Below the pieces are notes generated by a model. The model made no database searches, was not told where the DNA came from, and worked only from the letters and a program-made list of their open reading frames with translations. From assembly GCA_009692265.1 (NCBI GenBank), contig SHZM01000001.1, positions 19,363-83,362 of the forward strand: 64,000 nt of DNA. The letters are read 5' to 3'. The translations under genes were made by a program, and so were the position numbers. This DNA comes from Gammaproteobacteria bacterium (lineage in GTDB: Bacteria > Pseudomonadota > Gammaproteobacteria > Ga0077536). Each line of letters starts with the position of its first letter. Within the stretch, counting starts at the first letter, position 1. Positions 18,372 through 26,507 of the stretch are shown here, piece by piece.

Positions 18372-19238
18372 ATGTCGCAGGTCGCATTTAAGCTCGGTGT
18401 CCTCAAACTTGGCTGCATTGGCGCGGCACCCTTGCTCGATTTATTGCTCGACGAGCGTGCGGATCGCGACGATCTGGAAGTTCGTGCGTACACCTGCGGT
18501 GCGAAATTAGATGCAGCCTCCTGTGCCGACCCGACCCGCGAGATCCTGGCGTATCGCCCACAGTTGGTCTTGTTAGTCAGCCCCAATGCTTCGCTCGCCG
18601 GGCCAACGAATTCGCGAAAGCTTCTCGGTGAAGCGGGGATCCCGATCATCACATTGTCCGATGGCCCGTCTAAAAAAGCCTTCTTCAAGAAAAACGACGA
18701 GGGCAAACAGGTTAAACAAGTCCCGCCCGGTCAGGGTTTCATGATCTTTCCGGCCGATTCGATGATCGGCGCACGCCGCGAATTTCTCGATCCGACCGAG
18801 ATGTCGTTGTTTAACGCCGATGTGATCAAAGTGCTCGCCGCGAGTGGTGTACTGCGGCTGGTTCAAACTGAACTCGATAGCGTGATTGAAGCGCTCAAAG
18901 CGGGAACTACGCCAACTTATCCCAACGTGACGGTCACGCCGGAGAAGGCAGTCGCCGCCGGCGGATTCGGCAATCCGTATGCGGCAGCGAAAGCGTATGC
19001 CGCACTCTCGATCGCGGAAGCCGTCTCCGCGGTGACCACCGATGGTTGTTTTAAGGAACAAGACCCACAACGCTACATTCCGATGGTCGCGGCCGGCCAT
19101 GAAATGATGCGGATGGCGGCGCGGTTGGCCGATGAAGCGCGGGAGCTGGAGAAAGGTGCGAATAGTCTATTGCGCACCCCGCATGGTGCTGATGGCTCCG
19201 TGCGCAGTAAGCGTGGGTTGGCGGATAAACCTGAATAA
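18372..19238 (+). CDS. F420-dependent methylenetetrahydromethanopterin dehydrogenase (Mtd) family protein, i.e. an archaeal-type Mtd homolog
   Basis: 288 aa with very strong similarity to methanogen Mtd along its whole length: KLGCIGAAPLLDLLLDERADR, MIGARREFLDPTEM, NADVIKVLAASGVLRLVQ, NPYAAAKA, GCFKEQDPQRYIPMVAAGHEMMRMAARLADEARELEKGANSLLRTPHG. Confidence 0.75.
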   Translation: MSQVAFKLGVLKLGCIGAAPLLDLLLDERADRDDLEVRAYTCGAKLDAASCADPTREILAYRPQLVLLVSPNASLAGPTNSRKLLGEAGIPIITLSDGPSKKAFFKKNDEGKQVKQVPPGQGFMIFPADSMIGARREFLDPTEMSLFNADVIKVLAASGVLRLVQTELDSVIEALKAGTTPTYPNVTVTPEKAVAAGGFGNPYAAAKAYAALSIAEAVSAVTTDGCFKEQDPQRYIPMVAAGHEMMRMAARLADEARELEKGANSLLRTPHGADGSVRSKRGLADKPE

Positions 19239-19253
19239 ACGCGTCGAGAGTTC

Positions 19254-19350
19254 AAGAAAATCCCCCTCAATCCCCCTTTTTCGAAGGGGGAGGACTACCG
19301 ACTCACCCCCTTTGAAAAAGGGGGTCATCGCGCAGCGGCGGGGATTTTTC
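19254..19350 (+). repeat. REP/MITE-like element, full-length copy C with about 9-bp terminal inverted repeats (AAAATCCCC ... GGGGATTTT) and two internal hairpins. It lies between convergent genes and is a probable bidirectional terminator.
   Basis: AAGAAAATCCCCCTCAATCCCCCTTTTTCGAAGGGGGAGG...TCACCCCCTTTGAAAAAGGGGGTCATCGCGCAGCGGCGGGGATTTTTC. It shares both modules with copies A and B. It starts 16 nt after the mtd-like stop and abuts the aldolase stop at 19350. Confidence 0.75.
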
Positions 19351-20099
19351 TATTTCAATGCCTCGCGCACCGCACTCGCACCCTGTCGCAGAAACAGTGT
19401 ATCCACACCGCACGCGATGAAAGTAAAGCCCGCCGCGATGCGCGGAATGACCCACTCCGGCGAGGTTGCGAAAAAACCCAACGTTAGGTTCGCGGCCAAA
19501 GTAACATCCGCGACCCGCTTAATCGCGGCCACGACTTCGGGATGGTCGAGTTGCCCCAGCCGGCCCATGCTCGCGGATAAATCGTAGGGGCCGACAAACA
19601 CCGAATCGAGCCCGGGTACCTGCACGATCGCCTCGATGTTATGAACAGCGTCGATGTGCTCGGCTTGTACAATCACGGCGGTCTCGTCATTCGCACGCGC
19701 GACGTATTCGGCAACCGCATAACCATACCCGTTCGCACGCGCAACCCCGACCCCGCGCCGTCCTTGCGGTGGAAACTTCGCGCCGGCCACGATCGCCGCC
19801 GCCTGCTCCGCAGTATTCACCTGCGGGACGATTATCCCAGCGGCACCGGCATCGAACGCACGCTTGATCCCGATCTCGTCGTGATTCGGCAAACGAACCA
19901 CGCACGGCAGGCCGTGCGCAGCGATGATCAGGTGTTGCAGTTCAGCCGGTCCGACCGGCGCGTGTTCGGTTTCCAGGAATAACCAATCGAAGCCGCATCC
20001 CGCTAAAACTTCTATCGCTTCGGGCGATGCGAGGCTTGCGATTGTGCCGATCAATACCTCGCGTTGTCGCAGTCGTGCGCGAAATGAAAGCTCACTCAT
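19350..20099 (-). CDS. HpcH/HpaI aldolase family protein (2-keto-3-deoxy-acid aldolase type)
   Basis: 249 aa with the TIM-barrel aldolase pattern (DWLFLETEHAP...AAGIIVPQVNTAEQA..IV...KFPPQGRRG). Its start overlaps the upstream gene's stop (ATGA). Confidence 0.7.
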   Translation of the reverse strand: MSELSFRARLRQREVLIGTIASLASPEAIEVLAGCGFDWLFLETEHAPVGPAELQHLIIAAHGLPCVVRLPNHDEIGIKRAFDAGAAGIIVPQVNTAEQAAAIVAGAKFPPQGRRGVGVARANGYGYAVAEYVARANDETAVIVQAEHIDAVHNIEAIVQVPGLDSVFVGPYDLSASMGRLGQLDHPEVVAAIKRVADVTLAANLTLGFFATSPEWVIPRIAAGFTFIACGVDTLFLRQGASAVREALK

Positions 20100-20899
20100 G
20101 CCTCGACCTTAAATGCTTTCGTCCACTCCTTGCCTTGCGAGTCGATGACATCGGCTTTCAGTTCGCCGCCCTTATGTGGCTTGAAAAAGAACCGAAAGCT
20201 CGGGTCCTCGCTGATCGAGATCCCAGTTTCCGCCGTCATAATCAGCGCATCGTTGAAATACAGTTTCCACGATTTCACGAAATGGGCCGGCCGAATCAAC
20301 TGTGTTTTCTGATCCTTTTGCATACCAGTGATGTTCGGATGCGAGAGCATCAACTGCCCGATGATGGCGTCCTCCGGCGTGCGCTCACCGACGGTGCGGA
20401 AATTGATTTGACCGATGCGTTCCATCGCCGCCTGCAGATCCGAGCCCAACGGTGCGGAACACCCGCCTTGGGCCTTCACGAAGTTACTCACGATGTGATG
20501 CTCGCCCGAGTTCAACACTGCAATCGCACGCACGTTAGTGTAATTGTCGATCCGGATCCTGAGCGCCAAATCGGCGCGTCCGATTTCGGGAGTAAGGTTA
20601 AATACGCCGGCTAGCGGCTCGGGATTATTATCGACAACGAGGTAGATTTTTTCGATGAAGCGTTCCGCGGTTTGCGGAAACTGAGCGCGAATGGTGACTG
20701 GGGTGAACGCCGCGTCTTCCGCGCGATAAGGCGTTTTCATTTCGATGACCGTGGTGTCTTCGATTAACACCTTGTCGGCGAAGTACTTGGGTTTGAGGAA
20801 AGTAGCCCACACATCGACCGGGGATTGCTCGGCGGCGATGACCGATTGCGCTATCAGCCCGCCGAGGAATATCCCTAAAACCGGGAACCTAACCATCAT
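20096..20899 (-). CDS. SoxY-SoxZ fusion (SoxYZ-like sulfur-carrier) periplasmic protein
   Basis: ATG at 20899 after GGAG. Signal peptide MMVRFPVLGIFLGGLIAQSVIAAEQ. The SoxY-like half ends in the carrier motif VKAQGGCS. The SoxZ-like half is IRPAHFVKSWKLYFNDALIMTAE...FRFFFKP. This resembles quinoprotein-dehydrogenase-associated SoxYZ-like carriers. Confidence 0.55.
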   Translation of the reverse strand: MMVRFPVLGIFLGGLIAQSVIAAEQSPVDVWATFLKPKYFADKVLIEDTTVIEMKTPYRAEDAAFTPVTIRAQFPQTAERFIEKIYLVVDNNPEPLAGVFNLTPEIGRADLALRIRIDNYTNVRAIAVLNSGEHHIVSNFVKAQGGCSAPLGSDLQAAMERIGQINFRTVGERTPEDAIIGQLMLSHPNITGMQKDQKTQLIRPAHFVKSWKLYFNDALIMTAETGISISEDPSFRFFFKPHKGGELKADVIDSQGKEWTKAFKVEA

Positions 20900-21069
20900 G
20901 AAATACTCCAGCAATTGACGTACCGCGGAATGCCAAGCATCGATTTTGACCGCTGACCGAGGCGATAATTCACTCCGGCTCTACCTTTCAAGGTCTCGTT
21001 CGCAGGGATTGTATCGACTGCGTCGGCTCAAGACCAAGACGTTCGTCCAAATCTCACTGGTGGCGAGAA

Positions 21070-22032
21070 TCAGTCATTGAAATGGCGGTACCCGGTGGTG
21101 GGCAACTGCATGGGGCGGCCCTCGGTGTCTAGCAGACTCACGATGCCGGGTGCTGCCGTCATTACGCCGATCGGGTATAGCGGCACGCTTGACCTTGTTG
21201 TGGCCATTAAGTCTGCCATGCGATCCGAAGGCACGGTGAAGCACAACTCGTAGTCATCGCCGCCAGTCGCCGCCAAGGTAAGGAGTTCACGGCCCTCAAA
21301 CAGGCTGCTGAGCGCTGTGGATCTTGGAATTCGTGATGCCTGGATTTCAGCGCCACAGTGGCTTCGTTCCGCGAGATGACCAACGTCCGCCAGCAACCCA
21401 TCCGAGATATCGATACAACTCGTGGCCACGCCGCGCAGCGCGACCCCAAGCGACACGCGCGGGCTCGGCCGCGCAAAACGATTGATCAAGGATTTCGCAG
21501 CCTCGCTAAATTGCGCGCCGCGTTGTAATAGCGCGAGTCCCCCGGCGGCATCGCCCAAGGTACCGGAAACACACACCAGATCTCCCGGGCGCGCGCCGTG
21601 CCGAGTCAAGGCCTGTCCAGTGGGAATGCCGCCGATGATCTGCACGGTGATGGTGAGCGGACCTCGCGTGGTGTCGCCGCCGATCAAGCTGCTGTGAAAG
21701 GGCGCGAGTGCTTCGTGCAAGCCGCGCGCGAATTCGCCTAGCCAGCGTTCATCGTTGTCCGGAACGGTTAAGGCGAGGGTTGCCCAACGTGGTTCGGCAC
21801 CCATCGCGGCGATGTCGCTTAAATTGACTGCGACGGCGCGGTAGCCGATGTCGGTGGGATCAAGTTCCGCGGGGAAATGTACGCCGGCGACGAGGGTGTC
21901 GGCGACGATGACGAGTTCTTCACCGGGTAGTGGACGCACTACCGCGCCATCGTCGCCGATGCCGAGGATGACGTCTGAACGTGCGCCGCCTAGCGGTTTG
22001 AATAGGGCTTCGATTAGGGCGAATTCATTCAT
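21070..22032 (-). CDS. thiL: Thiamine-monophosphate kinase
   Basis: 320 aa ThiL-like (AIR-synthase-related fold; DDGAV...VADTLVAGVHF). The ATG overlaps the nusB stop (ATGA), as in the nusB-thiL operon. Confidence 0.9.
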   Translation of the reverse strand: MNEFALIEALFKPLGGARSDVILGIGDDGAVVRPLPGEELVIVADTLVAGVHFPAELDPTDIGYRAVAVNLSDIAAMGAEPRWATLALTVPDNDERWLGEFARGLHEALAPFHSSLIGGDTTRGPLTITVQIIGGIPTGQALTRHGARPGDLVCVSGTLGDAAGGLALLQRGAQFSEAAKSLINRFARPSPRVSLGVALRGVATSCIDISDGLLADVGHLAERSHCGAEIQASRIPRSTALSSLFEGRELLTLAATGGDDYELCFTVPSDRMADLMATTRSSVPLYPIGVMTAAPGIVSLLDTEGRPMQLPTTGYRHFND

Positions 22033-22508
22033 GAAAATCCCCCCGAAAATCCCCCCGCCGCGGGTTCAGCGTGCGCGTTCTGTTCAACCGTGCGGAGGGC
22101 GCGCGCGACTTTGTCCAACACGCCGTTGACGTACTTGTGTGCTTCGTCGGCACCGAACATCTTGCACAGTTCGATTGCCTCGTTGACGACGACGCGCCAT
22201 GGAATTTGCGGGCAAAAGCGTAGTTCGTAGGTGCCGACCAGTAGCACGCTGCGTTCCACCGGACCTAGCTTCATCCAGTCGCGATCGAGTGCGGGGCGAA
22301 TATCTTGCAGCAGAATCTCGATTTGATTCGGGATCTCGCGGGTCAGGGTCGAAAAATATTCGAGGTTGACGCGGACGAGTTCACGTTCGGCAACGAATTC
22401 GCGCAGAATTTCATTCGGATCCTGTCCGGCGAGCTGCCATTGATACAACGCTTGAACGGCACAGCGACGCGCTCGAATTCTTCCTTCATGCCCACCGGTT
22501 TTGCTCAT
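22029..22508 (-). CDS. nusB: Transcription antitermination factor NusB, with an unusual C-terminal extension
   Basis: The NusB core is ARRCAVQALYQWQLAG...YVNGVLDKVA. About 20 extra residues follow, ending GGFSGGFS. That tail is encoded by the duplicated REP fragment at 22031..22062. Confidence 0.9.
   Translation of the reverse strand: MSKTGGHEGRIRARRCAVQALYQWQLAGQDPNEILREFVAERELVRVNLEYFSTLTREIPNQIEILLQDIRPALDRDWMKLGPVERSVLLVGTYELRFCPQIPWRVVVNEAIELCKMFGADEAHKYVNGVLDKVARALRTVEQNAHAEPAAGGFSGGFS
22031..22062 (-). repeat. REP/MITE-like element fragment (copy D) carrying a tandem duplication of GAAAATCCCCCC. It lies inside the nusB 3' end and thiL start.
   Basis: GAAAATCCCCCCGAAAATCCCCCCGCCGCGGG matches the reverse complement of the right end of copy C (GCAGCGGCGGGGATTTTTC). 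Confidence 0.6.
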
Positions 22509-22513
22509 TCGCG

Positions 22514-22987
22514 CTAGAGCTGACGCAACAGGGAAATCATTTCAATCGCGGTGAGCGCGGCGTCCGCGCCCTTATTTCCGGCCTTGGTTCCGGCGCGTTC
22601 AACAGCTTGCTCAATAGAATCCACCGTCAACACGCCGAACGCGACTGGTACGCCGCTGTCGGCGGCGGCCGCGGCGAGACCTCGCGACGCAACGCCCGCG
22701 ACATGTTCGAAATGCGGCGTCGATCCGCGGATAACGGCACCGAGCGCGATGATCGCATCGTGATTACCCGCGAGCGCTAATTTGCGCACCACCAGCGGCA
22801 GTTCGAAAGCGCCGGGGACGCGCACGATGGTGACGTCTTTGTCCGCGACACCATGGCGACGCAAGATATCAAGACAGCCAGCTTCGAGTTGATCGACGAT
22901 GAAATGATTAAAGCGACTGCACACCAGCACGAATTTCGCCGGAAGGTCGAGGACCAACTTTCCTTCAATGATTTTGCTATTACTCAT
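22514..22987 (-). CDS. ribH: 6,7-dimethyl-8-ribityllumazine synthase
   Basis: RibH-like sequence ([12 protein letters not shown]..., [20 protein letters not shown]). The ATG at 22987 was preferred; the track ORF starts at a GTG at 22999. Confidence 0.9.
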   Translation of the reverse strand: MSNSKIIEGKLVLDLPAKFVLVCSRFNHFIVDQLEAGCLDILRRHGVADKDVTIVRVPGAFELPLVVRKLALAGNHDAIIALGAVIRGSTPHFEHVAGVASRGLAAAAADSGVPVAFGVLTVDSIEQAVERAGTKAGNKGADAALTAIEMISLLRQL

Positions 22988-23034
22988 AAGGGCGTTCACG
23001 TCAGGTTGGAGGAGAAAAGAAACGTAGTCATCGT

Positions 23035-24147
23035 TTAGGACACATATTCGACTAATTCAAGCCCAAAGCCCGACAGCGCATGGTAGCGCCGGGGGTGACT
23101 CATGACGCGCATCTTACGCACCCCGAGTTCGCTCAGAATCTGCGCGCCAAGCCCAATCTGCCGAAAATCGCCGATGGTCGCTTCGCGTTTCGGCGCTTTA
23201 ACGTTTTCGCTGTTTTTATCCGAGTACCGAGAGATCTGCCGCTCCAGTTCATCATTATCGACCTGATTACTTAAGACGACGACCACGCCTTCGCCCGCTT
23301 CGGCGACACGACGTAGGGCATCCCGCAGCGGCCATCCTGCGTCCTTGCGGATTGAAGCTGTAAGATCCTGCAGCGGATTGTAAATATGCACGCGAACTAG
23401 GGTCGGGCGCTCGGGGTCGATCGTGCCGCGCACCATCGCGAGGTGGAAGTCGCCGTGCATGGTGTCGCGGAAGCCCACCAACTTGAAATCTCCAAACTCG
23501 GTCGGCAGTACCGCTTCGGCGGCGCGTTCGATTGTCCGCTCGTTTTCTATGCGGTAACGGATTAGATCCGCGATGGTCCCGATTTTAACTTGGTGTTGTC
23601 GCGCAATCTTCTCCAAATCCGGGCGCCGTGCCATGGTGCCATCGTCATTCAGAATTTCGACGATGACTGATGCCGGCTCCAACCCTGCCAAGCCGGCCAG
23701 ATCACAGCCAGCTTCAGTGTGGCCAGCGCGGGTGAGTACGCCACCGGGCTGCGCCATCAACGGGAATATATGACCTGGTTGGATGATATCGGCCGGCCGT
23801 GCTTGGGCGGCAACAGCGACTTGGATCGTGCGCGCGCGATCGGCGGCGGAGATCCCGGTCGTCACTCCTTCGGCGGCTTCGATCGAGACCGTGAAATTCG
23901 TACGATGGGTATAGAACGTTTCTTGCACCATCAACGGCAGGTTCAATTGTCGACATCGCGCTTCGGTCAAGGTCAGGCAAATCAGACCGCGCCCATGGCG
24001 CGCCATGAAATTCACATGTTCCGCGGTGCAATAACTCGCGGCGATCACGAAATCACCTTCGTTTTCGCGATCCTCATCGTCCATCATGATCACCATTCGT
24101 CCGGCGCGCAGCTCGTCGATGATCTCCCGTGAAGAACTCAATGCCAT
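23035..24147 (-). CDS. ribB: 3,4-dihydroxy-2-butanone-4-phosphate synthase with a C-terminal GTP-cyclohydrolase-II-like domain that appears catalytically degenerate (Cys-less)
   Basis: The N-terminal DHBP synthase motifs are present ([10 protein letters not shown], ...RAGHTEAG). The C-terminal 170 aa resemble RibA but contain no Cys residues, so the Zn-binding CxxC...C is absent, as in Pseudomonas RibB. Confidence 0.85.
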   Translation of the reverse strand: MALSSSREIIDELRAGRMVIMMDDEDRENEGDFVIAASYCTAEHVNFMARHGRGLICLTLTEARCRQLNLPLMVQETFYTHRTNFTVSIEAAEGVTTGISAADRARTIQVAVAAQARPADIIQPGHIFPLMAQPGGVLTRAGHTEAGCDLAGLAGLEPASVIVEILNDDGTMARRPDLEKIARQHQVKIGTIADLIRYRIENERTIERAAEAVLPTEFGDFKLVGFRDTMHGDFHLAMVRGTIDPERPTLVRVHIYNPLQDLTASIRKDAGWPLRDALRRVAEAGEGVVVVLSNQVDNDELERQISRYSDKNSENVKAPKREATIGDFRQIGLGAQILSELGVRKMRVMSHPRRYHALSGFGLELVEYVS

Positions 24148-24184
24148 GGTCGTCTCGTTAAATGGGCGTCAACGACGCCGCTAG

Positions 24185-24838
24185 TTAATGATTTAAGAAG
24201 CCGGCCGCGCGCAAAGACTCTAGTCCCAGCACCGGCGCTTCGAGCGCGGATTTAGTCAGCAGGCGTTCGAGATAGCGCGCGATCAGGTCGACTTCCAAAT
24301 TCACCCGCGAACCGATTTGTAGGGTTCCCAAAGTGGTCTGCGACAAGGTATGCGGGATGAGAAGCAACTCAAACGCATCTGCCTCAATCGCGTTCACCGT
24401 AAGGCTGACGCCTTCGACGCTGATCGAACCCTTGGTCGCAATATAACGCGACATGGCAGCCGGCGCGGTGATTCGAAAGAATACGAACTCGCCGCGCAGT
24501 TCGCGCTTCGCGACGATCCCAACGCCATCGACATGGCCGCTGACGAGATGCCCCCCTAGGCGTTCGCCGAGCGCCAGGGCCTTTTCAAGATTTACCGTGG
24601 TGCCAGGCGCCAGCGCGCCAAGGGTGGTAAGGCGCAGGGTTTCAGGCGACACATCCACTGCGAAACTCGTCCCCGACAGCGCCGTCACGGTGAGACAGGG
24701 GCCGGACACCGCGATGCTATCGCCAAGTCTCACGTCGTTCAGTGCGAGCCCACCGCTATCGATCACCACGCGTTGTGCGGCGTGGGCGCGAGTCAAACTT
24801 TGAATGCGGCCAAGCGCCTGAATGATCCCGGTAAACAT
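24185..24838 (-). CDS. ribE: Riboflavin synthase (alpha subunit)
   Basis: MFTGIIQALGRI...GDSIAVSGPCLTV... shows the duplicated lumazine-binding halves. 217 aa. Confidence 0.9.
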   Translation of the reverse strand: MFTGIIQALGRIQSLTRAHAAQRVVIDSGGLALNDVRLGDSIAVSGPCLTVTALSGTSFAVDVSPETLRLTTLGALAPGTTVNLEKALALGERLGGHLVSGHVDGVGIVAKRELRGEFVFFRITAPAAMSRYIATKGSISVEGVSLTVNAIEADAFELLLIPHTLSQTTLGTLQIGSRVNLEVDLIARYLERLLTKSALEAPVLGLESLRAAGFLNH

Positions 24839-24869
24839 GCCAGCACTATCGAATATGGGGGGGGTTAGG

Positions 24870-25979
24870 TCAAGCCGCGAGTGGCTGCAAAATTAGACGC
24901 TGATCAATCCCGACAGTGGTCGCTTGAACGACCCGAAAACGTGTCGCGAGATCCAGGGAGAGGGGCTCTACAAGGGTGAACGCCGCACGGGCCGCGGCAC
25001 CGAGCAATACCGGTGCCACGTACAACACGAGTTCATCCACACAGCCCAGGTCCAACAGCGCACCCACCAAGGTGGGTCCGGCCTCGACCAGCAGTTCATT
25101 AACTTCAAGCGTGTGAAGGCGGGCCATAAGCGCGGCGAGATCCAGACCATGCGTGTGACCGCGCGGGAGCTCCTCGATGATCGCGCCTCGCGCAACGAGC
25201 GTGTCCCAGCGCGAGCCCGGTACATGGGCCGTGAACAAGCGGATTTCGCCAGGAACCGTAAACAGGCGCGCCTCCGGTGGTGTTCGCAATTCTGTATCCA
25301 GAATCAAGCGCGGCGGCGGTGTCGCGCCGACCTCAAAGCGTGGATCGCGCACATTCAAGCGCGGATCGTCGACCAGAACGGTGCCGCTGCCAGTCAGGAT
25401 TGCACCAGCGGCGGCCCGCAGTCGCTGCACATCGGCGCGCGCCGCGCTGCCGGTGATCCATTGGCTGCGGCCGTCGGCCAGTGCAATCTTCCCGTCCAGG
25501 CTCATGGCGAGTTTGACCTGTACCCAGGGCCGCTGGTGATGCTGGCGCATGAAGAAACCGCGATTCGAGGCTGTCGCCTCCGTGCTGAGCAGACCACCCG
25601 CGATCGCGATCCCGGCGGCTGCCAGGTGCGCGGCACCACCGCCCGCGACTCGCGGATTAGGATCCTGCACCGCGTAAACCACGCGCGCGACGTTGGCCGC
25701 CACCAGGGCGTGCGCACACGGTGGAGTTCGCCCGTAATGACAACAGGGTTCGAGGGTCACATAGACCGTTGCCCCATTCGCCGCGGCCCCGGCCGCTGCC
25801 AACGCTACCACCTCAGCATGGGGGCCACCGGCGCGCGCATGGAACCCTTCACCGACGATCGCGCCGTCTTTAACGATCACACACCCCACCCGCGGATTAG
25901 GACGCGTGGTGTTTAGACCACGCATTGCCAGGCGCAGAGCACGCGCCATCCATTCATGCTCGCGGGACTCGAACATCAT
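24870..25979 (-). CDS. ribD: Bifunctional diaminohydroxyphosphoribosylaminopyrimidine deaminase / 5-amino-6-(5-phosphoribosylamino)uracil reductase
   Basis: 369 aa. The deaminase half has the PC..CA zinc motif (HAEVVAL...TLEPCCHYGRTPPC) and the reductase half follows. It is adjacent to nrdR. Confidence 0.9.
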   Translation of the reverse strand: MMFESREHEWMARALRLAMRGLNTTRPNPRVGCVIVKDGAIVGEGFHARAGGPHAEVVALAAAGAAANGATVYVTLEPCCHYGRTPPCAHALVAANVARVVYAVQDPNPRVAGGGAAHLAAAGIAIAGGLLSTEATASNRGFFMRQHHQRPWVQVKLAMSLDGKIALADGRSQWITGSAARADVQRLRAAAGAILTGSGTVLVDDPRLNVRDPRFEVGATPPPRLILDTELRTPPEARLFTVPGEIRLFTAHVPGSRWDTLVARGAIIEELPRGHTHGLDLAALMARLHTLEVNELLVEAGPTLVGALLDLGCVDELVLYVAPVLLGAAARAAFTLVEPLSLDLATRFRVVQATTVGIDQRLILQPLAA

Positions 25980-26498
25980 TCAACGCTTGCGCGTGGCTTG
26001 GTCGATGGGGATCAGGTCCAGTTGTTGATCTCGCAGATCGGGCGGGAGATCGTTTTCGAGTCGCTCGATCTCCTCCAGAAAGGCGCGGACGTCTTCGAAG
26101 CTGCGGTAGACCGACGCGAAACGCACGTAGGCGACCTGATCCAGACCACGCAGCGCATCCATCACATGCTCGCCGATCCGGCGCGAATCGATTTCGCGCT
26201 CTCCGCTTTCGCGGATCCGGCGTTTGACTTGCGTGATCGCGGCTTCGACCCGCTCCATCGTGACCGGTCGCTTTTCAAGCGCCTTCAAAATTCCGCCGCG
26301 CAGTTTGTCTTCGTTGAAGGTTTCGCGCCGTCCATCACTCTTGGCGATCCGCGGCAGACTCAGCTCGGCGGTTTCGTAGGTGGTGAAACGCACCTTGCAT
26401 TCGATGCATTCCCGCCGCCGCCGGATCTGATCGCCCTCGCCTAACAAGCGGGAATCGATTACGCGGGTGTCGTGGTGGGCGCAGAACGGGCAGTGCAT
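25980..26498 (-). CDS. nrdR: Transcriptional repressor NrdR
   Basis: [17 protein letters not shown]...C.EC.VRFTTYE zinc ribbon followed by an ATP-cone. Confidence 0.92.
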   Translation of the reverse strand: MHCPFCAHHDTRVIDSRLLGEGDQIRRRRECIECKVRFTTYETAELSLPRIAKSDGRRETFNEDKLRGGILKALEKRPVTMERVEAAITQVKRRIRESGEREIDSRRIGEHVMDALRGLDQVAYVRFASVYRSFEDVRAFLEEIERLENDLPPDLRDQQLDLIPIDQATRKR

Positions 26499-26507
26499 CG
26501 TCGAAGT

